A stretch of DNA of 62,806 nucleotides, filler included, from Chiloscyllium plagiosum (GCF_004010195.1; 4 parts of one record of this genome joined end to end with filler, not necessarily neighbours in it), one strand, 5' to 3'; shown: positions 1 to 14,094, counted from the whole stretch's first letter. Program-made: numbers and translations. Notes: generated by a model not told the origin, from the sequence alone.

Positions 1-1080
1 GGGGGGGAGATGTTTGCACTGGGGAGACGAACAATTGGGAAGGGGGATCCTCTCAGAAGAGTGTGAGAGGTGCATGGAGGATGAAACGGAGTGGAGTTGA
101 TGACGGATTCAGAAGGGAGTGGGGTGAGGATCAATGTGGGAAGGGGGAAAGTGAGGGGATTCATTCTATGAAAAACTGACCACTGATTATGTTGCCCTCA
201 GATGGTGAGTCTGAATTTGCCACTGTTCCCACTTTGCTGAAAGCTGGCTAGGAATTTATGCTGCCTCCATTGTAGTAGTACAAGCTAAGGCAGATAGCAC
301 TGAGCTGTGGCTCGTTCCTGGGCCTCATTTAAACTTTGTACAAGTGAATGGACTTCTGACTGAACTATAATTTCACTGTTCTCCAGGCTTCTATTAGATG
401 TTGAAAATAGGGTGCAGTATCCTTCATTCCCAGCACTCAAATATGTTCTTGAACCCTGCCACCCTTCCACACACTATGGTAATTAATATGTGCCCTTCAG
501 TTTTATTTTTAGTAAAGCTAATAATTCATTAAGTGTAGCAAATTTTTAACCAATGTTAATTTGGGTTATAAATGTAATGTGCATTTCCAGTGATGCATTT
601 GGCTTGTCCTTGTTCCAATTGTGTAGAGTTACAGTTTTTGTGACTTTTTTTTTCAAAATTCAAAATGAATTTATTTTTATCATCCAATGGAGTTGGATTT
701 AAACATTCTTTTCAGTTTGTTGCAATAAATCTCTCTCATGGTTAACAGATGCAGTTGGAATGTGTTGGCCACCCATACGGAAACAGATCTGTTCATGGTG
801 CTGTCTGTGTTCCTTCATAGCACGTAGCTGATACTCAGAGTTTGACAAGAGGGTACACTATACTGAAAAGAGAAAGCTACCTGGTGTCTTAATTTTCTAA
901 CCTACAAACTTAATTTAGCCTGTTTTTGTCAGAATGTACAGGCCAGCATCGCACTGCCATGCATTGCAATGCAATTTAAGTCAGTTTTGATTCTTTGAGG
1001 TGGGAACTGCCTTGACCTTTTGTGATCACAAACACTGGAGTAGGTTGGAGTGGGGTGTTGAGAAAAAAGATATCCAGAGA

Positions 1081-1172
1081 AACAAAAACGGAAATTGCTG
1101 GAAAAGCTCAGCAGGTCGAGCAGCACCTGTGGAGAGAAATCAGAGTTAACATTTAGTGACCCTTCCTCAGAA
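1081..1172 (-). mobile_element. Degenerate Penelope-like pLTR fragment, family D
   Basis: aaaacggaaattgctggaaaagctcagcaggtc...gagttaac...gacccttcctcagaa (minus strand CTGAGGAAGGGTC); related copies near 8230-8328, 13015-13120, 21470-21550, 25910-26025, 45600-45700. Confidence 0.55.
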
Positions 1173-1633
1173 AATATCAGCTGCTTGATGCCGCAATGTT
1201 AGTGAGGTTGGACTTGCTGGATGTCGCAGTTTGTCACTTTGCTCTTGCCTTGCGTTCTGTGCTTGTGATCAGAAGGAGAAAGTAGCGGTTCCCAGAACTT
1301 CTAATGAACTCTGTGAGCTGGGGCTCTGAAATCTGCATCCTACTGAGTGGCTGGCAGCTACCTAAACATGGGGTCGGCCCCTATTGGGACCGTGTCCAAG
1401 GAAAGCAGGGGGTATAGAATAGTAATTTTAGCATTACATACATCAATAGTCTGAGTGATATGAAAGCAAAACATGCAGTTGTTGGGAAATCTGAGATAAA
1501 AGCAGAGTGTGTTGAAAATAGTGAGCAGGTCAAACCACAATAAGTGAGTATTTTGGGTCAATGATGGCCCCTTATTTTGTTTTGAGTGATATAAGCAAGG
1601 TGCCACATTTCAATATTGTGACATCGGAATTGC

Positions 1634-1652
1634 TGTGTGTGTGTGTGTGTGT
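1634..1652. repeat. (TG)n microsatellite
   Basis: Direct reading. Confidence 0.9.
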
Positions 1653-2597
1653 AAAACTGCCTACTCTGAGCATTGCCACCTTTTCTGTTGTTAATTGGAG
1701 CTGCAGTGGGTCACCGTGGTGTGGTTTCAAAAGCACAGTGAGGTATCATCCTGTAAATGTCATGTTCTGAATATCTATTAGTGCTAGACCAGTCTTTCTA
1801 ATGGCGTTCATTCTCAAGTGATTGTAAATTTTCCAGCCAGTTTTGATTTGGATTCTGTTTAGTTTATAAAATGTAAAAAAAAATTGGGGGAGTAGGGCAG
1901 CTTTTTATACAGAAAAAGAATGGTAATTAGTAGTTGAGACAGAGACAGGCTGATTTCAGCTTCACCACTCCTCTTTTCCTGCCATTACAGTCCCTATATT
2001 GAGGCATCTCTTGTTTTTTGCCGTGGGTTTTGAACCAGCTGCTTTCAGGCTGTGGACAACGTACATTTGCACTGGATCCTTACCAGCAAGTACATCAATG
2101 TCAATTTGCTTGTTCTCAACAAAGCTGTTTGGACGTGATTGTAGCCAAGAGAACATGGCAATAATGCCAAAAGTACAGAAGGATAAAAGGCCATAAATAA
2201 GGTCACAAAGAATTGTAATACTACCTTGTGTTAATCAAATCCTACTGACTTCCCCCCTCCACCTCCACCACTACCACCACCACCATTTAATTTTATTCAA
2301 TGTGCAAATAGGTGTTCAAGCAGGGAAATTTGATCCTCATTTGCCCTTTTTTCTGTATCTGTGTTCATGCGATGGATTTTATATTGGCATAATTCCAGAA
2401 AGCAAAGTGGTACAGTGCTATCAGAAGCTGGAAGTAGGAACAGGAGAAGGCCATTCAGCCTCTGCATCCTGTTTTGCTGACATTTAATACGATCTTGACT
2501 GATCTGTGACCGAACCCAGTGTACATCTTGTCACACACATCTCAATATTCTGGGTTAACAAAAATCAGCTTGTCGCAGATTTCAAATTAACAATACA

Positions 2598-2936
2598 GGG
2601 AGGCAATGGTCTGGTGGTATTATGGCTAGACTGTTAATCCAGTGACCAAGGTAGTATCCTGAGTTGAAATCCTGCCATGGTGGATGATGGAATTTGAATT
2701 CAATAAAAATCTGGAAATAAGAATCTAATGATGACCATTGAAACCATTGTGAATAGTCAGGAAAAAATACCCATCTGGTTTATGAATGTCTTTTAGGGAA
2801 GGAAATTGCCATCCTTATCTGGTCTGGCCTACATTTGACTCCAGACCCATCGCAATGTGGTTGACTTGCCTATCGCTAATTGCCCACTGGGCGGTTAATA
2901 CATGTGGGTCTAGTCAGTGGCACCCTTAAAAAAAAA
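2598..2936 (+). mobile_element. tRNA-derived SINE, second family
   Basis: tggtctggtgg / gttgaaatcc boxes; homologous copy at 17936-18283; A-tail. Confidence 0.8.
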
Positions 2937-3068
2937 TTGTCAAGCACCATTTGTCATTTGGAAAGGGAGTTTGAAACTTATTACCGGCAGTAGCATATAG
3001 AAGTTTTTCTCCATTTGTTCCTGAATGATTTAGCTCCAATATTTAAACTATGCTTTTAGTTCAAAACC

Positions 3069-3322
3069 AGAGCTTCCCAAAGTGCTGGTGCCATAAAACT
3101 GAAATTTTTGGGTGTTAATTTTGAGGCAGCAATAGCTGCTGTAGAGCTCTGTTCAAATTATAACTGCTGTGCTCCCCCTCTATTTGGCCCCCACATTCAT
3201 CTGCACCCCCCTTGTCCCACCCCTCCGAGCTGCATACCAGTGTCTCAGTCCTCATTGAGGTGGTCATGACGATTTTCAAGCATCAAATGATGTCGCGGTG
3301 TGAATAAAGTTTGTCAAGCTCA
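3069..3322. mobile_element. Possible degenerate hAT MITE
   Basis: CAGAGCTTCCCAAA ... TTTGTCAAGCTC imperfect termini; no TSD seen. Confidence 0.3.
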
Positions 3323-5734
3323 TTCCTAAAGCTGCCCAGCCTGTGAAAATATTTTCTGTCTGGCTGTCCTCAGTTTGCCTTAATGTCAAGTCATCCCATC
3401 ACCTTCAAAATTCCAGAGTCTACAATCTTGGTTTATGTGCAGCAGTCTCTCCTTGTAATTTAGCCCTTGGTGTCCAGATATTATTCTGATAAATGTACAC
3501 TACCGTCCCTCCATGCCCTGAGATGCCCAGAAATAAACACTTTACTTACTGAGTGTGGTCTGATCATGGCTTTGTATTGTTGAAGCATGACTTCCAATCA
3601 TTTAGTTTTCTTGTTTTAAAAGCCTGTATTCTAACCCTCATTCTTTTTTATAATTTTCAGTGCCTGCCAATGGCATTGTGATCACCTGTGTTCCTGGGCA
3701 CCTTCCCTGCTGTGCTCTATCCCCACGTCTCCTAGACCTCACAGTTCATTGGCAGTATTTAGGAACAACTTGTTTCTTTAATTTTGAAGTCCAGAGTGAA
3801 TTATTTCTTGTATGCGTGTTTTCCAATCCAAGTCTAGATTGCACTGGGTGTGCACATGGTGGCCACCAGGTGATAGAATCTGATTTTTCTGGAACTTCCA
3901 CACAACAGTTGCCTGTGGGTCTGATGTGAGGATGGATTATTAATGCTAAAGAGAGGTGCAAAATGGTGGCTGTTATGGCTGCTCCCTTAGATGTGTGGTC
4001 ATTGTTGTGTAGTTTTGTTGAAGGCTAGCACAGCGGCAGTATTACAACATCTTTCCCAAATACGACTTCTCTCTTTTTTGTTGCAGTCTAGTTTTGAAGG
4101 ATCAACCAATCCCCATGAACAGGGAGTGTTCAGTGCAGAATTTTAAAAATATCTCTAATTCTTGATTTCCACCACAAAGACGTTGTTGAAGGGTTGATGG
4201 GTGGTTGGCTCTTCAAGATCCCTCACTTCACTGTCCAAACCTCACCTAGCTATTAAAGTGGCGGGGGGGGGGGGGGGAGTGTGGGGAGACGGGAGAAGTG
4301 CAGCCAAACCTAAATATGCAATTGTACAAGACAGAAAGGAAGGTCATTTGACTTCCTGTGCCTTTGTCACCTCAAAGAGAAAAGATACTTGATCAGTCCT
4401 ACCAGCCTGCTCTTTCCCTTGGAGTCATGCAAATTTTTTTGTTTGCTTTTCTGTAGTAGTCCCCAGGCTAGGGTGAGGAGAGTCAGCGTTGTTGCCATGA
4501 CACCACTTGGAAGGTGTGGATGTCTGGTGAAAAGACAAGTTCTGTCTCAGTTGTGGTCCTCTGTGGAATAGCACCTCCTGATGCTTTGCACAGTCAGCAT
4601 GAGTCAGCGCCTTTTGGATGAAAGGTAGCAGGGACAGTGAGGTTTGTTGCCGTTTTTAGTAATGTGCACCCATGTCAATATATTTCTGTTCCACTGAGCA
4701 CTGCTGCCATGTAACAGTATTGAGGACCCAGCCCTTGCAAAGCTGCAGCTACTGACAGTAATCTCGCTATTCACTGGATAGTGAACTACAGTGGGAAACT
4801 CTGTGTTGTTTTATCTTTTTCTTCTTGACTGTTATCCTTACCACTGCTCAGCTAGACCTGGGAGGATCTAGAAAGCACAGTAAACTTTATTCGTTTAAGG
4901 TTGGGGTTCAACTCAGCGTATTTAAGTAGGGTCGAAAGAGGCACAGTCCTGTGTGCAACATGCCTGCTTTCATAAGGATTTTAGCAGCCCCAAATAGATT
5001 ATGTGGCTCCTGCATTAAAAGTGCGTGTTTTTTTCCCCTCTTTTTTTTGCTAATTGGGAGTGTGCTTCCACTATCGATGTCAGTGATTAAGTGCTGTAGA
5101 TTAACCCAGGAAAATTTGCTTGGCAGGAGCAGAGGACTGTAGCTGAGAACATTTGCCTACAGGCAAAGGACATCAACATGTTGTAAGCATTTGACATTTT
5201 GGCTTTGGAACTACCCAAATCCTATCAATTATGGTCAGAAAACTGTAAGCTGCTCCTATTGTATTATACCCTTTGGCTAAGTTAATTTGGAAAACAACAG
5301 AAATATTTCTCAGCTGTGAGAGCCAATGACAGGTTTCTTAACAGAGGATTCTGTGAACTGAATCCTGTTTCTTTCTGCTGATTTCTGACGCTTCAGTCTT
5401 TCTGGAAAAAGACTGAATGTGAAATGCATAAGTTGTGGGGTGCTGTTGAACTCAAAACAACTTGGTAAATGATTAATGCCTCAAACTCATGATTTGTTGG
5501 AGAAGGCACTGCTGCCAAAGTGCTGTTATGAGCTTGTTTTTTTTTTCAGACTATGCTATTTGATTCCAGAAATTCGAGGTAGCTAACTAGGTTGCCTCAA
5601 TTGGCTTCTGCTCAATAAAAACAGGGCTTGGTGGGAATCCAATCACCATGTATTCCGTGCTGACTTCTGGTCAGAGGACATGTTCCATCTCGGCCGTGAA
5701 ACTTCGAAAGCAGAGCTTAATCACTGGAGTCAGT

Positions 5735-5942
5735 ACAGGTCATAGATGTACAGCATGGAAACAGACCCTTCGGTCCATGCCGACCGGATATCCCACCCCC
5801 ATCTAGTCCCACCTGCCAGCACCCGGCCCATATCCCTCCAAACCCTTCCTATTCATATACCCATCCAAATGCCTTTTAAATGTTGCAATTGTACCAGCCT
5901 CCACCACTTCCTCCGGCAGCTCATTCCATACACATACCACCG
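5735..5942 (-). mobile_element. CR1 3' end fragment
   Basis: Matches the 3' UTR of the CR1 copies at 10.2, 27.4 and 44.5 kb. Confidence 0.88.
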
Positions 5943-6249
5943 CCTAAGAATCAGCAGTTCTGAGACAAAAACCTTGGAGCAGGGGAGGGGAAGTGATTTT
6001 ACTGTTTTTTTTTTAATCATGACACCTTGGTTTGTTGTACACTTTGCTGAGCCCAGATATGGAAACCGATGCTGCTGAAGCTGGGATACACTGATGCAGT
6101 TCCACAGATGAAGGTGTGAACCTGGTCTCTTGGAGGAACAAATTAAGTGAGTAGCTTGTTATCTGCTGCCCCCATGACTACTGGGGCACAGCACGTGCTG
6201 CTCATGCAGTTGAAGAGTCTGTGACACCACAGCTAGCGGTGCAGTAGGT

Positions 6250-6556
6250 TAGGTTAGATTAGATTCCCTACAGTGTGGAAGCAGGCCCTTCAGCCCAACA
6301 AGTCCACACTGACCCTCTGAAGAGAAACCCACCCCCCTATTTTTACCTCTGATTAATGGACCTAACACTATGGGCAATTTAGCGTGGCCAATTCACCTGA
6401 CCTGCATCTTTGGTTTGTGGGAGAAAACCGGAGCACCTGGAGGAAACTCACCCAGACACGGGAAGAATGTGCAAACAGACAGTTGCCCAAGACGGGAATT
6501 GAACCCAGGTCTCTGGTGCTGTGAGGCAGCAGTGCTAGCCACTGAGCCACCGTGTC
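6250..6556 (-). mobile_element. HE1-type tRNA-derived SINE
   Basis: A box (GGTGGCTCAGTGG) and B box (GGTTCAATTCC) on the minus strand; CCCACA...AAAGATG core; CR1-like tail with (TCTAA)n. Confidence 0.9.
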
Positions 6557-8334
6557 ACCCCTACTGAGAATACAGCTGAGGAAAGGGTTTCTATTCAGTT
6601 GTTTGCATGAGGAAAGGAGACAGAGGTTGGAAGTGGGACAGCAGGCAGGGCAGCTGCAGGACCACCGAGTCACATGCTCAGGGAGGCAACAAGTATGAAC
6701 CTGTCATTGATGTCAGCAATTGCACACATGCCCGTGTCATTGGAGTGGGTGCTGAATTGCAGGCGCATGTCAATAAGGTCAGCACCACAGACCTCCTGTA
6801 GCAGGATAGTGGCATGCAATACATTGTTGTAGCAAATACCCTTCAAGAGAACGGGACTGCTCAATGTCAGGAACAAATGCAATGTGTAACAGCTGGTAAT
6901 CTGCTTCGAAGGAAGAATCAAACCTCTCCAGATAATGTAAAAACAGATGAATTTTGTTCCTGTATCTTGCTGTTGAAAGAACCCATTGACTGACCATGGG
7001 TTTGAGTTTACTGCTGGTGTGTTGTCAATGTGCAAGTAAATACAAGTGACTTTTTCTGAAGGAGATAGATATGAGCCAGCAGTGTCTTTCAGTTCCTAAG
7101 GCAACTGTTGCAAGAATTAAACATTGGATTTCAGTTTCTAAAACTCTTTCCTCCTTGTACTTTGTATTACTATATTAAAATGTGACCACACGATTGAAAT
7201 GGCACTTAGCTGCATACAGCGTCCATCCATCATAGCTTTCTCCTCTGCATCACAACTCAAGAAGTTGTCAAGAAGTTCTTGACCATGAGAAGGAATGCAC
7301 AGAAGGGACAGAAATGGATAAGTAAAGTCTTTCTTTCAGAAATTACTGGTGGGTTATGCACATTGTAGGAAAGATATGGCATCACTTTGGTTAGATGCTT
7401 TCCACTGTGTTGTGTCCCGACCAATACTTGTCTTTCATACAAATCATAAGAGCCTAAACAGTAAGGGCTGGTCAGTCATTTGGTCCTTCGAACCTGATGT
7501 ACCTTTCAGTAAGATCATCTTCTGCCTTAACTTCACCTTTTCTACACTGTCCCATACCCCTTGGTTCCCTTAGTACCCAAAATCTTTGATCTCCATCACT
7601 GTGTACTCGATGACTGAGCATCTACTGCTTTCAGGTAGACAGTTTTGAATAGTTACAACTCTTTGAAGAAGTTTCCTCTCATCTCAGTCTTAAATTGCAT
7701 GCTGCTTATTTGGAGACTGACCTCATTTCTATCTACCATGTCTTACCCCTTAAGAATATGTTTTAAGAACTCTTCCCATTCCTCCAAATCCCTGGGAATT
7801 GAGTCCTGTCAGTTTTGCATAGAACAACCCTGTTTTACCAGGAACCAGTGAATCACTGTCCCTCTGATAAGGATCCTTTCTTCAAGAAGTCCATTACACC
7901 AGGCATGGCCAGATTATAGTAAGGTTTCTTTACTCTTTAATCACTTTGTACTTGCTACAAGGATCTATCCGTGATTGTACCATTGCATGAAATCAGGGAG
8001 GAGTCCTGCAGTAAGTTGTACTGTTATGATGAAATGACCACTCAAATGGGGAGTTTGTAAAGTGACAAAAGAAACTCCAATGTTTTATTTTCAAGCTCCA
8101 TTTCCTGTTTGGCCAACAACTGTTTCAATCTGAGCCAGCACATTTATCAGCTAAAAGTTGGAAGATTTGTTTCAGTACAGTGTTGGCTCTCCCATAACCT
8201 AATCAAATCTATGCGGGAAGTAGTGTTAAAAGCAAATAACTGCGCATGCTGGAATCTGAAACCAAAAGAGAAAATGCTGGAAAATCTCAGCAGGTCTGGC
8301 AGCATCTGTAAGGAGAGAAAAGAGCTGAAAAAAA

Positions 8335-8698
8335 CATAGAAAAATACAACGCAGTCCAGGCCCTTTGGCCCTCGATGTTGCGCCGATCCAAGCCCACCTA
8401 ACCTACACTAGCCCACTATCCTCCATATGCCTATCTAATGCCCGTTTAAATGCCCATAAAGAGGGAGAGTCCACCACTGCTACTGGCAGGGCATTCCATG
8501 AACTCACGACTCGCTGAGTAAAGAAACTACCCCTAACATTTGTCCTATACCTACCACCCCTTAATTTAAAGCTATGCCCCCTCGGCATAGCTGACTCCAT
8601 ACGTGGAAAAAGGTTCTCATGGTCAACCCTATCTAAACCCCTAATCATCAAGTCACCCCTAAACCTTCTTTTCCCCAATGAAAACAACCCCAAGTGCC
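8335..8698 (-). mobile_element. CR1 LINE 3' end
   Basis: GLFSLGKRRFRGDL...FFTQRVVSSWNALP. Confidence 0.9.
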
Positions 8699-8798
8699 NN
8701 NNNNNNNNNNNNNNNNNNNNNNNNNNNNNNNNNNNNNNNNNNTTAATTAATTAANNNNNNNNNNNNNNNNNNNNNNNNNNNNNNNNNNNNNNNNNNNN
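8699..8798. other. Artificial contig spacer (44N-TTAATTAATTAA-44N)
   Basis: Exactly 100 nt; the central 12-mer has stops in all six frames; identical copies at 34576 and 53692. Confidence 0.95.
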
Positions 8799-8985
8799 AG
8801 TGGAGACTGGGACGCTAAATGTCTTCAAGGCAGAAATTCATAAATTCTTGATGTCACAAGGAATTAAGGGCTACGGGGAGAATGCAGGTAAGTGGAGTTG
8901 AAATACCCATCAGCCATGATTGAATGGCGGAGTGGACTCAATGGGTCGAATGGCCTTACTTCCGCTCCTATGTCTTATGGTCTTG
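8799..8985 (+). mobile_element. CR1 LINE 3' end
   Basis: Near-identical to 54767-54960. Confidence 0.88.
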
Positions 8986-9059
8986 TTTTCAGTACCCTCA
9001 TGGGCAGCAAGTACCAAATTTCCTTTACTGTAATAAGGAAGTCAATCTCTGTTTCTCCA

Positions 9060-9880
9060 AACTAATCTTGTAGCTGCATATCCCATTCCTGGAATCAGTT
9101 TGGTAAATCTTCTTTCAAGGAGCATCACATTCTTCCTAAAGTGTAGTGACCAGAACTGGACACACTGCTCTTGACATCGCCTAACCAGAGCTATGCAAAG
9201 ACTCAGCACAACTACTGTGCTTTTGTACTCAATGCCTCTATTTATTAAGCTACTTCCTCGTTAAATGCTGCTATTAACAAAGATCTGTGCAGAATCAGCA
9301 CCAGGACTGTATTCCCATGCATTATTTAGAACTGTGCAATTAATTTTATATTGCCTATGATTATTCCTTCTAGCAAAATGCATCGCTTATCCTTTCTTGG
9401 ATTAAAATATATCTTCCACTTGTCTGCCCGTTCTGCTATCCTAATGGTGTCCTTTTGTAAACAATTCATATCATACTCACTGTTTGCTACTCCTTCATGT
9501 TTGGTATCATCAGAAAATTTTAACATTTTTACTTCATATATTTAAGTAATTCCATTATATATTTTAAAAAATAGTCCATGTACTGAACTTTGGGAGCACC
9601 ACTCTCTACTATTTTCTAATATGGAAAATAAAACCATTTATCATAGCAGTTTCTTTTTAGCCACATTTATTTTATCCGATACCTTTTATCTGATACTTTA
9701 TCACTTTTTTAAAAATTCATATAGTCAACATTGACTGCATTTCTCTCATTAAACTTCTGTTACTTTAACAAAAACTTGTTAGATTGGTCATGCACAACTT
9801 GTTTTTTCACAATCAGTGTCGCCTGTCACTAATGAACTCAAACCTCTCCAAGGGTCAAATGATTTTCTTTCTGTTCTCCA
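9060..9880 (-). mobile_element. Old CR1 RT remnant
   Basis: KFSDDTK...WKIYFNPRK motif. Confidence 0.75.
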
Positions 9881-10211
9881 CAACTTTCACTTATTGGTCT
9901 AGTCTAGAGCAGTCTTTGGAGAAAAGAAGGCTGAGAAGAAATTTTATGGGGCAATTAACAATCATGAGAGATCTAGACAATGTAGATCAGGAGAAAGCTT
10001 CCTCTTCTTGCAAGGACTAAGGGCAGGAGGGTGCAGATTTAACATAAATCTGATAGACATTTATAAAATAATGAGAGGCAAGGATAGAATTCATTGTAGT
10101 TGTCTTTTCCCTAGGATGGGGGCTTTCAAGACAAGGGGGCATATTTTTAATGTGAGGGAGATTTAAAAAAGACATGAGACAAATATTTTGCACCGAAGTT
10201 GGTTCACGTCA

Positions 10212-11435
10212 AAGTCACAGAGTCATAGAGATGTACAGCATGGAAACAGATCCTTCGGTCCAACTTATCCATGCCGATATCCCAACCCAATCTAGTCCCA
10301 CCTGCCAGCACCCAGTCCATATCCCTCCAAACCCTTCCTATTCATATACCCATCCAGATGCCTTTTAAATGTTGCAATTGTACTAGCCTCCACCACTTCC
10401 TCTGGCAGCTCATTCCATACACGTACCACCCTTTGTGTGAAAATGTTGCCCCTGAGATCTCTTTTATATCCTTTCCCTCTCCCTCTAAACCTATACCCTC
10501 TAGTTCTGGACTCCCCCACCCCAGGGAAGAGACTTTGTCTATTTATCCTATCCATGCCCCTCATTTTATAAACCGCTATAAGGTCACCCCTCAGCCTCTG
10601 ATGCTCCAGGGAAAACAGTCCCAGCCTATTCAATCTCTCCCTATAGCTCAAATCCTCCAACCCTGGCAACGTCCTTGTGAATCTTTTCTGAACCCTTTCA
10701 TGTTTCACGACATCTTTCTGATAGGAAGGAGACCAAAATTGTATGCAGTATTCCAAAAGTGGCCTAACCAATGTCCTGTACAGCTGCAACATGATCTCTC
10801 AACTCCTGTACTCAATACTGTGACCAATAAATAAAAGCATACCAAACGCCGCCTTCACTATCTGATCTACCTGCAACTCCACTTTCAAGGAGCTATGAAC
10901 CTGCACTCCAAGGTCTCTTTGTTCAGCAACACTCCGTAGGATCTTACCATTAAGTGAATAAGTCCTGCTAAGATTGGCTTTCCCAAAATGCAGCACCTCG
11001 CATTTATCTAAATTAAACTCCATCTGCCACTTCACATTCCATCTGATCAAGATCCTATTGTAATCGGAGGTAACCTCCTTCACTGTCCACTACACCTCCA
11101 ATTTTGATGTCATCTGCAGACTTCCTAACCATTCCTGTTATGCCCACATCCAAATCATTTATATAAATGACGAAAGTAGTGAACCCAGCACGAATCCTTG
11201 TGGCACTCCATTTGTCACAGTCCTCCAGTCTGAAAAAGAACCCTCCACTACCACCCTTTGTCTACTACTTTTGAGCAAGTTCTCCTTTTATTCCATGAGA
11301 TCTAATCTTGCTAACTTGTCTTCCATGGGAAACCTTATCGAATGCCTTACTGAAGTCCATATAAATCATGTCCACTGCTTTGCCCTCATCAATTCTCTTC
11401 ATTACTTCTTCAAAAAATTCAGTCAAGTTTGTGAA
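10212..11435 (-). mobile_element. CR1 LINE nested within two older CR1 fragments
   Basis: ORFs 10292-10792, 10799-11083, 11265-11543 carry CR1 RT motifs; flanks 10050-10210 and 11436-11625 are halves of a plus-strand CR1. Confidence 0.92.
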
Positions 11436-13209
11436 ATGAACTTCCTGAGAACGCGATGGATGTGGGTACAATTGCAACATCCGAAAGATATTTGGATAGA
11501 TACGTGAATAGGAAGGGTTTGGAGGGATATGGACCAGGAGCATCCAGGTGGGACTAGTTTAGTTTGCGATTATGTTCGTCATGGCCTGGTTCCGACCGAA
11601 AGATCTGTTGTGCTGTATGACTCGATAATTGGTAACAAAGCAAAAATGACAAGCAATGAGTGGTTAAGGTCTGGAACGCACTGCCTGAGCATGTAGTGGA
11701 AGTAGATTCAATTGAAGTATTCCAAAAGGAGTTAGACTGGTATCTGAAAAGAGAGAATGCGCAGGGTTATTGGAGGAAACAAGAAAATGGCAGTAGATGA
11801 TTTGCTTATTTGGAGAATCACTGCAGGCATAATTGGCTGAATGGTCTTTTTTGTGCTATGATTCTATTAAGTAGGAAAATTTGATTTGTTAGTCTCTGCT
11901 TTTATTTGATTTAGTTAAAAGGAGTAAAATCATAAAGATCCGCTGACTTAGTTTTGATTGTATTATCAATGCTGAGTTGACTAATAATCCTGGTCAGTAT
12001 AATTCTTTACAGTCTAAACACTTGTTCATAATATTCAGGTATATAATCTACTCCAAATATTAACTTATTCAGGAAATTAATTGATATTGAAGATCGCATA
12101 TTGCAATTTTGTTTGTTGATATTAAAAGTTGTTTTTTTTTAAAAGAAATACCTTTGGGCCAATCCTTTTATCATGCTTTTAAAGCTACTTGCTACACAGT
12201 TCTTGAAACTTGAATGAATGGCTAGTTTAAAACTGGCATTTTTATGAGTGAAAGGAGCAATATACTTTTGTGTTAATGTTGCAGCATAGTCATGGTGCCA
12301 TATTTTCCTTCAATTTGTAGGTTATGATTCAGTTTGCATGATGAGAGCTGTTAAATTGTGTTTAATGCTCATTTTTAGAGAAGTACAGTATTTCAAGGAG
12401 GTAATACCAATTAAATTCAGATGAAAATGAATAAAAGAATCCCAGTTGTGAGTAGATAAATTAAAGGCTTTTTGCATAGGTCACCACTATTTAAGAACAA
12501 CAAAGCTTCTACCATTGAGAGTACTGTAATTCAAAGGAAGCTGAAACTGCATGAGTGGGTTGATACGAAGAAGCCTGTAATTTGTGTAGCTGCTTTGTTG
12601 AGCTTAGCATTAAATGTTCTGTCTCTTGAGTTGAAGAGGTGATCTTTGACATCTGCCCACATACATTTCCTGTCAAACAGCAGACCAATCACTCCCGTTC
12701 TGTCTGCGCATTCATTGTCCAGCGCCCACGCACAGTCAAACGGAATATTCTTACAACTTGTCATTAAAACTGAATGCATACTGACCCAATGGGCCTTGTA
12801 ATCGACAAGTAATTTGCTGTGGTGAACAAGAGCTTCTCTGGGCCAACACTTGAGGGAATGTGCACACAATTTTATCTTCAAGCCAAGGGACGACAACTGT
12901 TCTTAAATTGTTTAGATTATGATGTGTAGGATTAATACTTGCATAGATGCTTTTTTTTAATCACACTATTCTGCAGAAGTGATTGTTCTAGAATCAGAAC
13001 TGGGTTTATTGGATATGTTAAAAATCTGAAATAAAAACAGAAGATTTTGAAACGGAGCAGATATAGCAGTCTCTCTGGAAAGAAAAACAGTTAGCAATTC
13101 AAGCCAATGAAATTTTAATCAAATAGTATTTACATACACTTTAAGCATTTTGAGATTTAATTGCTTAATGTTGAAGTTGATACAAAGCTAAGCAGCAACG
13201 TGTGCTTTG

Positions 13210-14065
13210 AGGAAGATTTAAAATATTTCTGAATGACTTGGAAAAGCTTAATAATTGGGTTAGAACATGGCAGATAGACTATAACGTGGAAAATGTGAAA
13301 TTATCCAATTTGGTCCAAAGAACAGATTTGCAGAGTATTTCTTAAAAGGCAAGAGGTTGAAAAGTGTAGTTATGCAAAGGGACCTGGCAGTCCTCATCAA
13401 TAAGTCACTGAAGGTTAATGTGCAAGTGTAATAAGTTTATTAAGAAGGTTAATGGAATGTTAGTCTTTATCACATGAAAATTTGAGTACAGGAGTAATGA
13501 AATCTTTGCTTCAGTTGTATGGGAGTTTGATTCGAGCACACCTGATATACTGCATGCATTTTTAGTCTCCTTATCTCAGGAAAGATATTATTTCCAGAAA
13601 GAGAATGTGACAAAGGTTCACCAGGTTTATTCCAAGATTGGTAAGACTATCCAAAGGGAGAGATTGGGCAAAATGGGCCCATATTCTCTGGAGTGTCAAA
13701 GAACAAGAGATGATTTCATTGAAACTTACAAATTACAAAATAAAGGAATAGGCAGGCGCAAGTAAGCTGTTTCTCCTGATTGAGGAATCTAGAACCAGGG
13801 GTACAATTTGTAAAATAAGGTCAATGGCACTTGGGTTGGAAATTATTTTACTTAGGGGATGGTGAATCTTTGGAATTCGCTACCCCAACAGGGTGTGGAA
13901 ACTCGGTTATCTAAATATGTTTATAGTAGAGGTGGATAAAATTTTGATGATCACTGGTGTAAAGGGACAATGTGGATAAAAGACACTGAAGTATTTGATC
14001 AGCCATGATAGGATTAAATGATGGAGCAGTCTTGATGGCCTGAATGGCCACCCTTGTTCCTATGA
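13210..14065 (+). mobile_element. Old CR1 3' portion
   Basis: Degenerate collinear similarity to the CR1 at 50.8-51.7 kb. Confidence 0.75.
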
Positions 14066-14094
14066 ACCAAACTTCAGATTGTTTCTCAAATGTG

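Noticed and set aside
190..212. ccctcag-ATG-gtgagt, possible 3-nt microexon or donor
   Set aside because: Weak pyrimidine tract and no supporting gene context; expected by chance.
6607..6900. Possible Harbinger transposase remnant (DVSNCTHA vs GAIDCTHV)
   Set aside because: One weak motif; no further collinear motifs could be confirmed.
8743..8754. TTAATTAATTAA as a piggyBac TTAA site or biological repeat
   Set aside because: Centred in exactly 44+44 Ns three times; synthetic spacer.
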